The notes below the pieces were generated by a model. The model had not been told where the DNA came from. It searched no databases and was given only the letters and a program-made list of their open reading frames with translations. From IMG/VR virus record IMGVR_UViG_2939147180_000007: 42,021 bases of DNA; one strand, 5' to 3'. This document shows, piece after piece, positions 19,829 through 28,722 of the stretch. The DNA comes from a virus. Lineage: Duplodnaviria; Heunggongvirae; Uroviricota; Caudoviricetes. Within the stretch, counting starts at the first letter, position 1. Each line of letters opens with the position of its first letter. A program made the translations under genes and the position numbers.

Positions 19829-21586
19829 TCACAGAATTAACAGGTCCTCATCAGGATCAAGCGTGGACAGAAAGTCATTCACGCCCCCGCCATTTACCAG
19901 AAAGCGGCTCATGGCCGTAAAAAGCGCAACAGGGCCGTCGATTTTGGCTTCAGGCGTGGATTTATTCGGGAAGATGTTGTCGTTTTTGTCCGGTTTTACC
20001 GTAACGTTAGACATCATCCAGTTCATGACCGGATGATTGCTGTGATGGAAACGCCCGGCATAAACCAGTGATTCCGTTTCCTTCATGGCCTCTGACAGAT
20101 TGCGGACCGTCTGCGGAACCTCCACCAGCGGTATCCCTTCTTCAGCCAGTGCCAGGCTGAACTGCATTGCGCTCCACGGGTCAAATCCCAGTTCCCTGAG
20201 GTTTTCACCGCCAATCCATTCCAGTAAGTCACTTTTTATCTGAGCATGATCGATAACATCACCATCCGTCAGGATGAGCTTATCCATCTCCGCCCACTTC
20301 CGGTAAAGTTCTGCCTGCTGCCGCGAGCATCGCTCCAGCCGTCCTTCCGGAAGCCAGAATTTAAAATCAGCATGAACATGTCCGTTATCGGTTCGCCAGA
20401 GTTTTGCCGCCGCACAGATATCAATCTTATGAGCAAGGTCGACGCCGACCCACATGGGATATGTTTTCAGCTCATGTTGTGGAGCAATGTATTCGCACTT
20501 CTCCCACTTAATCATATCCATCCAGGCAGATTCGGCAGTGACCCACACATTCATGTGTTTGGTAAAAAAATTCACCCGCGCAGAGACCTGCTCCTTCGCT
20601 TTTTTCGCCAGACGACGCAGATCATCCCAGCGTTTACAGATGCCCAGGCCAGGATTCGCTTTCTGCCAGACCGTTTCATCAAACGGATCATCTCCCTCAT
20701 CGAGCGTGTAAATGATCGCAAAGTAGGAGTCGTCTTTTACCGCGCCCTCCACGTCGCTGTTATAGCCTCGCAATACCTTAATGGCGTAATCGCGCTGCTC
20801 GTAGCAAATCCCTTCCTTGTTAAAGCCAGCCGTGGTGATGCCAAATAACAGAGACTGCAGACGGGTACCGGTTGCCGTTTCCAGAACGTCCCACACGTCA
20901 CGGGTTTTATGAGCATGCAGCTCATCAATAATGGCGCAGTGGATGTTCAGACCGTCCAGGTTGTTTGCATCCGAGGAAAGCGGTTCAAATTTTGATGCGC
21001 TCTGCTCCTGGTAAATCGCCAGCTTGTTGAAATCAAACAACCGCCCGAGTGTCGACCGGGCTTTTCTGACCATATTTTTGGCGTCTTCAAACACAATTCT
21101 GGCCTGGTCACGCGTGGTTGCGGCTGAATACACCTCAGCCCCGCCTTCACCATCTGCCCCCGTCATATACAGACCGATACCCGATGACAGGGTTGATTTT
21201 GCGTTTTTACGGGCAACTTCGTTGTATGCTGTCCGGAACCGGCGCACCATCACCGGGCGTCCACTGCCATCGCTGCGCATGACAACTTCCCCGGTTTCTT
21301 CATTCACCAGCGGAATGACAAAACCAAAAATATTAATGAGGATAAACACATGCCAGTCCATCAACTCAATGGGCTGACCTGCCAGCGCCCCTTTCACATG
21401 GGGTACAAATTTGTAGAAATTAAGGATGTGCTGTGCACGGGGTTCACTGAAATAAATCCCCCGCTCTTCGCCGTACTTCAGATCATCAAGAAAACGCTGG
21501 CAGGCCAGACGGACAAATTCGCCAGCAACAATTTCTCCTGCAACAACACGTTCGGCGTAGCGGATCCCGTCAGCCACTTTTGCCAT
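19829..21586 (-). CDS. terminase large subunit
   Basis: 585-aa ORF; ATPase then nuclease arrangement; overlaps terS stop. Confidence 0.9.
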   Translation of the reverse strand: MAKVADGIRYAERVVAGEIVAGEFVRLACQRFLDDLKYGEERGIYFSEPRAQHILNFYKFVPHVKGALAGQPIELMDWHVFILINIFGFVIPLVNEETGEVVMRSDGSGRPVMVRRFRTAYNEVARKNAKSTLSSGIGLYMTGADGEGGAEVYSAATTRDQARIVFEDAKNMVRKARSTLGRLFDFNKLAIYQEQSASKFEPLSSDANNLDGLNIHCAIIDELHAHKTRDVWDVLETATGTRLQSLLFGITTAGFNKEGICYEQRDYAIKVLRGYNSDVEGAVKDDSYFAIIYTLDEGDDPFDETVWQKANPGLGICKRWDDLRRLAKKAKEQVSARVNFFTKHMNVWVTAESAWMDMIKWEKCEYIAPQHELKTYPMWVGVDLAHKIDICAAAKLWRTDNGHVHADFKFWLPEGRLERCSRQQAELYRKWAEMDKLILTDGDVIDHAQIKSDLLEWIGGENLRELGFDPWSAMQFSLALAEEGIPLVEVPQTVRNLSEAMKETESLVYAGRFHHSNHPVMNWMMSNVTVKPDKNDNIFPNKSTPEAKIDGPVALFTAMSRFLVNGGGVNDFLSTLDPDEDLLIL

Positions 21587-22068
21587 CAGTCTCTCGCTTT
21601 TAAAAGCTCTGCCAGCGGATCAACATCATCCGGTCCGGCGGTATTTACTTTCGCCCGGCTTGCCGGTGACATACCAAACTCTGCAAGCATCGCCCGAATC
21701 CGCTTCCAGGCATCAGCCTTCATCGCAGCAGCCGGGTGTGCCTTGATCAGCACATCGCCATTCTGCGTTTCCGTGCGGTAGGTATAACCCTCAACATCGA
21801 GTATTTCGCAGTGATGCCGGTATTCGGTGTAGGCTTCCACCAGTAACTCGAGCGCACGTGCATCGAGCTGAGAAATGATCCCTTCCGCATTCAGCTCTTC
21901 CGCCATTCGCCTGAACCAGTACTTCCCCTGCGCCCCTAAATGTTGCGGAATTTTAGGGAGACCTTTTTCATCCTTTTTAGCGGTTTTTTTGGAGTCTTTA
22001 ACTGGCCGCTTTGAGGGGTTACCTCGTATCAAATGCAGGCGTGGCGGGGTTTTCGGGGGTCCAGACAT
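21586..22068 (-). CDS. terminase small subunit
   Basis: 160-aa ORF with basic N-terminus, directly upstream of terL. Confidence 0.8.
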   Translation of the reverse strand: MSGPPKTPPRLHLIRGNPSKRPVKDSKKTAKKDEKGLPKIPQHLGAQGKYWFRRMAEELNAEGIISQLDARALELLVEAYTEYRHHCEILDVEGYTYRTETQNGDVLIKAHPAAAMKADAWKRIRAMLAEFGMSPASRAKVNTAGPDDVDPLAELLKARD

Positions 22069-22215
22069 AATCGGTTTTACCTATCAATCATTTAATCACA
22101 TTCCAAAAAAAAGTTTTCGAACCTGCGGCGATGCGAGGAAAGGTCAGGCGGCGGTACTGAGCAGCCAGGGTTGCAGAGATTTGACCTGCCCCTCCCCTAC
22201 AGATGGGAACTGTTA

Positions 22216-22566
22216 TCAATTGAGGCGTTCGCGCGCTGTTTTTGCTTTATGACAGGGCCAGCACAGACTCTGCAGGTTACTGTCTGCATCCGTGCCACCA
22301 TGAGCTTTCGGAATGATGTGGTCCACAGTTCTGGCTTCAACGGCTCTCCCATTGCGCAGGCAGTTCTGACACAGATGATTATCACGCTTCAGTATGCGCG
22401 CACGTATGGCATCCCATTTCGAGCCATAGCCACGCTGGTGGCGGCTCAGTCCGCGTTGATGCTGTACCCATCCTTCGCCACGATGTTTATCGCAGTAACC
22501 AGAACTGTCTGTGGTTGTACCTGCACATCCACGCTTACGGCAGGCGCGTGGGATTCGTGGGGGCAT
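22216..22566 (-). CDS. HNH endonuclease
   Basis: track ORF 22216..22665; start at internal Met MPPRIPRACRKRGC with SD GGAG; motif DHIIPKAHGGTDADSNLQSLCWPCH. Confidence 0.8.
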   Translation of the reverse strand: MPPRIPRACRKRGCAGTTTDSSGYCDKHRGEGWVQHQRGLSRHQRGYGSKWDAIRARILKRDNHLCQNCLRNGRAVEARTVDHIIPKAHGGTDADSNLQSLCWPCHKAKTARERLN

Positions 22567-23010
22567 ATGTACTCCAATGAAGAAGCCACCGACATAGCCT
22601 CCTCCATTCATAGTGAAACTATTTTCATCTACCCAGTAATGAATTCTTTGTAGAGTTGTGATCAATACAACTCACTAATGGAGAGGCTTGTCCAACACGT
22701 TGGACAAGTTTCCTGTTTGATTTACTGGACACTATAGAAGGACAGAATGCCTTCATCACTCGAATAACATCAATTAAGGAGGTTCAACATGTTTCATTCC
22801 ACAAATCATCAGGCTGTAATTATGGCTGCATCAGCTTGTGCCACAGACCTTTTCCGCTTCACTTTGAGCCTGATTCATTTCTACCTGACCGGCTCGCCTC
22901 TATCTTTTTAATCCCCGCTTTATCCAAATTGCATTGCCAGAATGCCGACAACAGACTGACATTCAAATCCTGACTACCTCCAATAGGCTGAGCATCCACT
23001 GGATTTGCCC

Positions 23011-23916
23011 CTATATTTCCAGACATCTGTTATCACTTAACCCATTACAAGCCCGCTGCCGCAGATATTCCCGTGGCGAGCGATAACCCAGCGCACTATG
23101 CGGATGCCATTCGTTATAATGCTCGAACGCCTCTGCAAGGTTCTTTGCTGCCGTTAACCCGTCTGGTTTGGGCATGATACTGATGTAGTCACGCTTTATC
23201 GTTTTCACGAAGCTCTCTGCTATTCCGTTACTCTCCGGACTCCGCACCGCCGTGTTCTTCGGTTCAAGTCCCAACATCCGGGCGAACTGGCGTGTTTCAT
23301 TAGCCCGGTAGCATGAACCATTATCCGTCAGCCACTCCACTGGAGACGACGGAAGATCGTTGCCGAAGCGGCGTTCCACCGCTCCCAGCATGACGTCCTG
23401 TACTGTTTCACTGTTGAAGCCGCCGGTAGTGACCGCCCAGTGCAGTGCCTCACGATCACAGCAGTCCAGCGCGAACGTGACACGCAGTCTCTCTCCGTTA
23501 TCACAGCAGAACTCGAACCCGTCAGAGCACCATCGCTGATTGCTTTCTTTCACGGCCACTCTGCCTGTATGTGCCCGTTTCGATGGCGGTACAGCAGGTT
23601 TTCGCTCAAGCAACAGCGCATTCTGGCGCATGATCCGGTAAACACGTTTGGCATTGATCGCAGGCATACCATCAAGTTCTGCCTGTCTGCGAAGCAGCGC
23701 CCATACCCGACGATAACCATACGTGGGCAGCTCTCCGATAACATGGTGTATACGGAGAAGCACATCCGTATCATCAGTGTGACGACTGCGGCGGCCATCC
23801 ATCCAGTCATCGGTTCGTCTGAGAATGACGTGCAACTGCGCACGCGACACCCGGAGACAACGGCTGACTAAGCTTACTCCCCATCCCCGGGCAATAAGGG
23901 CGCGTGCGCTATCCAC
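23011..23916 (-). CDS. insD: IS2 transposase OrfB
   Basis: 301-aa [26 protein letters not shown]...; DDE integrase fold. Confidence 0.93.
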
Positions 23917-24239
23917 TTTTTTGCCCGTCCATATTCAACGGCTTCTTTGAGGAGTTCATTTTCCATCGTTTTCTTGCCGAGCAGGCGCTGGAGTTCTTTA
24001 ATCTGCTTCATGGCGGCAGCAAGTTCAGAGGCAGGAACAACCTGTTCTCCGGCGGCGACAGCAGTAAGACTTCCTTCCTGGTATTGCTTACGCCAGAGAA
24101 ATAACTGGCTGGCTGCTACACCATGTTGCCGGGCAACGAGGGAGACCGTCATCCCCGGTTCAAAGCTCTGCTGAACAATTGCGATCTTTTCCTGTGTGGT
24201 ACGCCGTCTGCGTTTCTCCGGCCCTAAGACATCAATCAT
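23874..24239 (-). CDS. insC: IS2 transposase OrfA
   Basis: track ORF 23874..24284; start at [23 protein letters not shown] (121 aa); overlaps insD as expected for frameshift fusion. Confidence 0.9.
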
Positions 24240-24427
24240 CTGTTCTCCAATGACTAGTCTAAAAACTAGTATTAAGACTATCACTTATTTAAGTGATATT
24301 GGTTGTCTGGAGATTCAGGGGGCCAGTCTATCCACCTATATAGTTTTAATTTTCATCAATCCATTTAACTATCGTTTAATTGTTGTCACATAGGATTCTG
24401 CCGTTTTTAACAATGCAGGATAATAAG

Positions 24428-24721
24428 ATGAAAAAAATGTTGTTTTCTGCCGCTCTGGCAATGCTTATTACAGGATGTGCTCAACAGACGTTTACTGTTG
24501 GAAACAAACCGACAGCAGTAACACCAAAGGAAACCATCACCCATCATTTCTTCGTTTCGGGAATTGGACAGGAGAAAACTGTTGATGCAGCCAAAATTTG
24601 TGGCGGCGCAGAAAATGTTGTTAAAACAGAAACCCAGCAAACATTCGTAAATGGATTTCTCGGTTTTATTACTTTAGGCATTTATACTCCACTGGAAGCG
24701 CGTGTGTATTGCTCACAATAA
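24428..24721 (+). CDS. bor: Bor lipoprotein (serum resistance)
   Basis: track ORF 24380..24721; start at MKKMLFSAALAMLITGCAQQTFTV (lipobox LITGC); matches lambda Bor from memory; opposite strand to Rz as in lambda. Confidence 0.92.
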   Translation: MKKMLFSAALAMLITGCAQQTFTVGNKPTAVTPKETITHHFFVSGIGQEKTVDAAKICGGAENVVKTETQQTFVNGFLGFITLGIYTPLEARVYCSQ

Positions 24722-24752
24722 TTGCATGAGTTGCCCATCGATATGGGCAGCT

Positions 24753-25229
24753 CTATCTGCACTGCTCATTAATATACTTCTGGGTTCCTTCCAGTTGTTT
24801 TTGCATAGTGATCAGCCTCTCTCTGAGGGTGAAATAATCCCGTTCAGCGGTGTCTGCCAGTCGGGGGCTGGTTGCATTATCCACGCCGGAGGCGGTGGTG
24901 GCTTCACGCACTGACTGACAGACTGCTTTGATGTGCAACCGACGACGACCAGCGGCAACATCAGCGCGCAGAGTTTCATTTTCAGCTTTCGCATTGGCTA
25001 ATTCTCTCGAGTACTTTGCATCGAGTGCAGCAACATCACGCTGACGCTGCTGCATGTCAGCGATAGTGGCGATCGCCTGCTTCAGCTCACTGACTTTTTT
25101 ATCACGCTGTTCTTTGTAGGCGATGGCGTTATCACGGTAATGATTGACCGCCCACGACAGGCAGACGATGATGCAGATAACCAAAGCATAAATAATCGCG
25201 GCGACTCTGCTCACTGCTCTATCCCCCAA
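24753..25229 (-). CDS. Rz: spanin inner membrane subunit Rz
   Basis: 158-aa ORF, N-terminal TM then coiled coil; C-terminus ...[18 protein letters not shown] as in lambda Rz. Confidence 0.9.
   Translation of the reverse strand: MGDRAVSRVAAIIYALVICIIVCLSWAVNHYRDNAIAYKEQRDKKVSELKQAIATIADMQQRQRDVAALDAKYSRELANAKAENETLRADVAAGRRRLHIKAVCQSVREATTASGVDNATSPRLADTAERDYFTLRERLITMQKQLEGTQKYINEQCR
24812..24994 (-). CDS. Rz1: spanin outer membrane lipoprotein Rz1 (embedded in Rz)
   Basis: 60-aa ORF in the +1 frame inside Rz; lipobox VVGCTS and proline-rich KPPPPPAW. Confidence 0.85.
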   Translation of the reverse strand: MRKLKMKLCALMLPLVVVGCTSKQSVSQCVKPPPPPAWIMQPAPDWQTPLNGIISPSERG

Positions 25230-25744
25230 CAGGCTAATGCGCTTTCCTGGTCACGACGAATAACCTGTCCATAGCAGTTATTTGAACGTATGCGGCAATC
25301 GCGCCCACCATCTTTTATCCACCAGCGAATCGCCTCGCATGCGCCCTTACGATCACCGGCATTCAGCCGCTTATAAAACGTCGACGGGAAACACTTACCG
25401 GGGCCAATGTTATAGGGACAGAATGACGCTATACCCGCTTTTTGTGGTTCGGTCAGTAGTACTTTAATATTGCGCTCCACCCATGCCAGCGCCTTATCAC
25501 GCTCAATGGCGTTGACCTGGTCGCATTTTTCCTTCGACAGTTTCATACCGGGAAAAACGGGTTTTCCATCCACCATCGTGGCACCCCGACAGATGGTCCA
25601 GATGCCGGACCCATCGCGGTATGCCGTTGTGTGGTTACCTTCTTTTTCATCCAGAAACTGGTCGAGAATATCAGGCGCGGGCGCACCGACGGCAATCAGT
25701 GCCAGAACGGCAGCCGACAGGCCGTATCTGATTTTTGCGTTCAT
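25211..25744 (-). CDS. endolysin, SAR-type lysozyme
   Basis: 177-aa ORF with N-terminal signal-anchor ([13 protein letters not shown]) and lysozyme-like body. Confidence 0.8.
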   Translation of the reverse strand: MNAKIRYGLSAAVLALIAVGAPAPDILDQFLDEKEGNHTTAYRDGSGIWTICRGATMVDGKPVFPGMKLSKEKCDQVNAIERDKALAWVERNIKVLLTEPQKAGIASFCPYNIGPGKCFPSTFYKRLNAGDRKGACEAIRWWIKDGGRDCRIRSNNCYGQVIRRDQESALACWGIEQ

Positions 25745-25807
25745 GGATATTTATCAGGATTTATCGGTTTCTGCCCACGGACAGGTTTATCTGTTCCGGT
25801 CAGTGAC

Positions 25808-26158
25808 TTAAGGTTGTGATTCCGGAGGAGTCTTCAGAGAACCAGTAATTCTTCCCGGTAGCTTTCCTTTGTAGGTTATCCATACATTCTGCGCCTCTAA
25901 AATTACGGGGCGCTTTTCCGGCGACTGCTCATCCCCTTCACATAACCCGGCAGCAACATCCAGGAAGACCTGTCTGATACTCATTCTGGCTGCTGCCTCA
26001 TAAAACTCCAGCGCGGCACCTTCAACACGGTCCAGCGAGATGTCCAGGTCAAAAATTTCACCGTCAAAGCGTTTTTTGTCCCGTAACGCTAAAGTTACCG
26101 TAACTTTATTCTCAAAATTGCGGATCCCTTTCACAATCAGTTCATAGTTTTGAGTCAT
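25808..26158 (-). CDS. hypothetical protein between holin and endolysin (YdfR-like position)
   Basis: 116-aa ORF; synteny with Qin essQ-ydfR-rrrQ. Confidence 0.55.
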   Translation of the reverse strand: MTQNYELIVKGIRNFENKVTVTLALRDKKRFDGEIFDLDISLDRVEGAALEFYEAAARMSIRQVFLDVAAGLCEGDEQSPEKRPVILEAQNVWITYKGKLPGRITGSLKTPPESQP

Positions 26159-26162
26159 TGAA

Positions 26163-26378
26163 TTACTCTCCCCGTGCCGCCTTACGACGGTCCTCTCTGA
26201 TTTTGAAATACAGGTTAGTCAGATATGTCAGCAGCCCAAACAGCAGACTCCCCAGCACGCCTATTGCCGCCCACTGAGACGGGGAAACCCTGTCCAGCAA
26301 CTGCAGGAACCAGTAGCCCGTTCCCACCGCTGACGTGGTGTATGACACACCTGTTGTGATTTTTTCCATCTGGTCCAT
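26163..26378 (-). CDS. class II holin (phage 21 S-like pinholin), dual-start motif
   Basis: track ORF 26163..26483; start at [10 protein letters not shown] (Met1/Met4 dual start); two TM segments; C-terminus [19 protein letters not shown]. Confidence 0.85.
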   Translation of the reverse strand: MDQMEKITTGVSYTTSAVGTGYWFLQLLDRVSPSQWAAIGVLGSLLFGLLTYLTNLYFKIREDRRKAARGE

Positions 26379-26685
26379 ACCCCGTCTCCCGTTATCCGGA
26401 AGCTGACAACAATAAAAAAGCCACCAGTTAACTACTGATGGCTCTGATAACTCATGCAAGCGTCTCAGACGATCCACTGACACTACCGGTGAGTTTAACG
26501 ATACCTTCCATTTGACTGGCTCACTTTTTATGATGATGCCGGTGTATTTATCTCCAGCACCAGACTTTCTATCTCAACGCCATACGTTGCATTTTTGGTA
26601 ATATCCGTCAGCGTCAGTGCATTTAGTCCCACTGCCAGACTGTCTTTTATGGCCTGGAATGCCGGGCCAGTACGATGACGTAGTA

Positions 26686-26874
26686 TCACTCCGGCTCAGT
26701 TGCACCACTGACCACCACATCACCTTCTGCTGCAATCGCCTGCATCAGGGTATAAGGGGTTATGGCCACCGGACTACCAAACGGCTGCCAGCCCTCTTTC
26801 AGTTTATGTGTCAGCTTTTCCGCAAGATCTGACGGCGGCGCCGCCCTGACAACATCATAGTGTTTAAATGCCAT
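26686..26874 (-). CDS. hypothetical protein upstream of holin
   Basis: track ORF 26686..26889; likely start MAFKHYDVV...; compact, typical coding composition. Confidence 0.45.
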   Translation of the reverse strand: MAFKHYDVVRAAPPSDLAEKLTHKLKEGWQPFGSPVAITPYTLMQAIAAEGDVVVSGATEPE

Positions 26875-27134
26875 GGTTCTTTCCACCATCTGAAAAATAA
26901 TTCTTTAAAATACCAGACATGTAACACAGAAAAAACACAAAACCATACCTTAAATAGAAACCTGATCATCAAGCAGATATGCATGGATAAACTACAAGAC
27001 GAGATATAAACCACCCTGCATTTAAATAAACAATAAACAACATCAGAAAAATAATTCTGCTCTATGGTTTATATTCAAAAATATCATTTATACTTTTCAG
27101 AACATCACCAGCAAGGCATAAACAAGGAAGCTAA

Positions 27135-27470
27135 ATGAAGTGGATTGTGATTGATACAGTTATCCAGCCATCATGCGGAATATCTTTTTCAGTCATATGG
27201 AGTAAAGTAAAATTAATAATCTGGTATCAATCGGATGCTTTCTTACCTCCTGAAAGTATATTTACACTGACTCACACAGGTATCATGCTCAATAACAAAG
27301 TGCTACCTGTAACCATTTACAACGTAGTACCATTCAATAAAACATTCTGGAATTTAATCAAAAACAGCCAGGAATGCCCTACAAATACAGATAACGTATT
27401 GAATGAATGCTTTAATAACCGTTGCATTCTGCAAATATGTCCTTATGGACTAAAACAACAAAGTCCATAA
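27135..27470 (+). CDS. hypothetical protein in AT-rich moron islet (opposite strand to late operon)
   Basis: 111-aa ORF with SD AAGGAAG upstream; GC content far below flanking phage DNA; no recognisable family. Confidence 0.35.
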   Translation: MKWIVIDTVIQPSCGISFSVIWSKVKLIIWYQSDAFLPPESIFTLTHTGIMLNNKVLPVTIYNVVPFNKTFWNLIKNSQECPTNTDNVLNECFNNRCILQICPYGLKQQSP

Positions 27471-27494
27471 GGAGTTTACTCACATCTGACAAAA

Positions 27495-27691
27495 TCAATA
27501 TAAACAGCCCCTCCGGAGAGGGGCTGGAGAGTGGCGCTATGTGCCATTGCATGGTGCCGGGTGCCTCCCGGTGAATTCAGTACCAGCACCTGAATCCGCG
27601 ATTATCCCATATACCTACTCGCTGATTACCCCTCCGCACAGGGGGATTCACCATGCGAAATTTTTTAACAAACTTCCCGCCGGCCAGACAA
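27495..27691 (-). ncRNA. candidate structured RNA module, copy 1 (promoter-like element, conserved helices, terminator)
   Basis: minus strand: TTGTCT-N17-TTAAAAAAT, then TCGCATGGTGAATCCCCCT...CTGAATTCACCGGGAGGCACCCGGCACCATGC, then palindromic hairpin AGCCCCTC-CGGA-GAGGGGCT and a U-rich tract. Confidence 0.35.
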
Positions 27692-27960
27692 TAATCGCCA
27701 GCCTGAATTATGAGCAACGTGGCATTTTACGGGAAAACTGTTTTCTGCAGTAAAAAGGCCCGCCGGAGCGAGCCTGGAAGGATAGCGGTCATGTGATGCC
27801 GGTTTCCCGGTAACTCAGCATCGGTATCTGAGTCAACGTTTTCTCTACTGGGTCATTTCCGATACGTTCCGCCTTCCGGCAGACTTTCATCACGTCAGAA
27901 AATATAGCACCCTGAGTAACAGGACAGTACTCAGAATTCAGGAAACTGTGACACATCCTG

Positions 27961-28160
27961 CACAGAAAAGCCCCTCCGGAGAGGGGCTGAAGTATAGCCT
28001 AATTTCTGTCTGTCGCATGGTGCCAGGGGCCTCCCGGTAAATTCAGCCTGTCTACTGAATTTGCATGTTCTCTGGATCATACACTTTGCCAGATGCCCCG
28101 CCGCTGAGGGGGATTCACCATGCGATGTAATTTTTAACAAATTCTCCGGCAGCCAGACAA
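27961..28160 (-). ncRNA. candidate structured RNA module, copy 2 (diverged duplicate of copy 1)
   Basis: same conserved blocks and hairpin-terminator as copy 1, different loop sequences, one G-C to G-U stem change. Confidence 0.35.
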
Positions 28161-28329
28161 TCATCAAGCTGTGGAATTGTGAGGTATTTAAAAATTTCAA
28201 CGGGTAACTGATACCCTGCTAATCGCCTGATGCTTTCTTTTTCAGCAACGGGAAAGCAACAACCACACACCCGCCACCAAAACACCATCAGACAGCACCG
28301 ACATTATCCGGCTGCTGAAGTCCACCATC

Positions 28330-28403
28330 ACCACCAGAAACAACAGGAGTGCAACCACAGCTGCTTAGAAGGCAATTGCTCTGTCCGGCTGAGCTAACAA
28401 CGC
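28330..28403 (-). pseudogene. tRNA-like remnant (Arg UCU-like D arm and anticodon arm, degenerate T arm and acceptor)
   Basis: minus strand TAGCTCAGCCGGACAGAGCAATTGCCTTCTAAGCAGC resembles tRNA-Arg D and anticodon arms; no acceptor pairing or canonical T loop. Confidence 0.3.
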
Positions 28404-28503
28404 TGAATACCGATAATGGACCGCCATCGGGGACCCGCCCCCGCACCAACAACCCTGTTATCGTGTCGTCTGCTCTTCCTGATAAGCTAATGGCGGTTTG
28501 TGA

Positions 28504-28579
28504 TGGTGGCCCTTGCTGGATTTGAACCAGCGACCTGGCGATTATGAGTCGCTCGCTCTCACCACTGAGCTAAAGGGCC
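28504..28579 (-). tRNA. tRNA with anticodon CAU (ileX-like, probably tRNA-Ile2; Met not excluded)
   Basis: 76 nt GGCCCTTTAGCTCAGTGGTGAGAGCGAGCGACTCATAATCGCCAGGTCGCTGGTTCAAATCCAGCAAGGGCCACCA; full cloverleaf; near-identical to E. coli ileX from memory. Confidence 0.85.
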
Positions 28580-28616
28580 GGGAGCAGAATAATAACGGTC
28601 CGTAATTAATTCCGCA

Positions 28617-28640
28617 ATAAAAAACCCGCTCGGCGGCGGG
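28617..28640 (-). terminator. tR'-like intrinsic terminator downstream of late promoter
   Basis: hairpin CCCGCCGCCGAGCGGG followed by U6 on the minus strand, about 50 nt downstream of the putative pR'. Confidence 0.6.
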
Positions 28641-28689
28641 TTGTAGAAACTCTTCTAACGTCAGGCATAAAAAGCCCATTATTATGACG

Positions 28690-28717
28690 AATTTACCACA
28701 GATTCCGGAAAAATCAA
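28690..28717 (-). promoter_or_regulatory. putative late promoter pR' (Q antitermination site region)
   Basis: minus strand TTGATT-N16-TAAATT immediately downstream of Q, followed by terminator; arrangement as in lambdoid pR'/tR'. Confidence 0.4.
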
Positions 28718-28722
28718 CCTTG

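Larger units (their letters stand above)
23000..24330 (-). mobile_element. insertion sequence IS2 (IS3 family), intact, flanked by 5-bp target-site duplication TCCAC
   Basis: 1331 bp; ends TGGATTTGCCCCTATATTTCCAGACATCTGTTATCACTTAACCC and ...TCACTTATTTAAGTGATATTGGTTGTCTGGAGATTCAGGGGGCCAGTCTA match IS2 inverted repeats from memory; TCCAC at ~22995-22999 and ~24331-24335. Confidence 0.93.

Noticed and set aside
20246-20848. 200-aa plus-strand ORF inside the terminase large subunit gene
   Set aside because: Antisense to a conserved gene; treated as a shadow ORF.
27541-27753. Mini-ORF MVPGASR conserved in both RNA-module copies (with only synonymous differences), plus longer ORFs of 70 and 89 aa across the repeat units
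   Set aside because: The mini-ORF has no SD in either copy and lies on the strand opposite to the one supported by the promoter and terminator; the longer ORFs are not conserved between copies. The synonymous pattern is noted as an unexplained coincidence.
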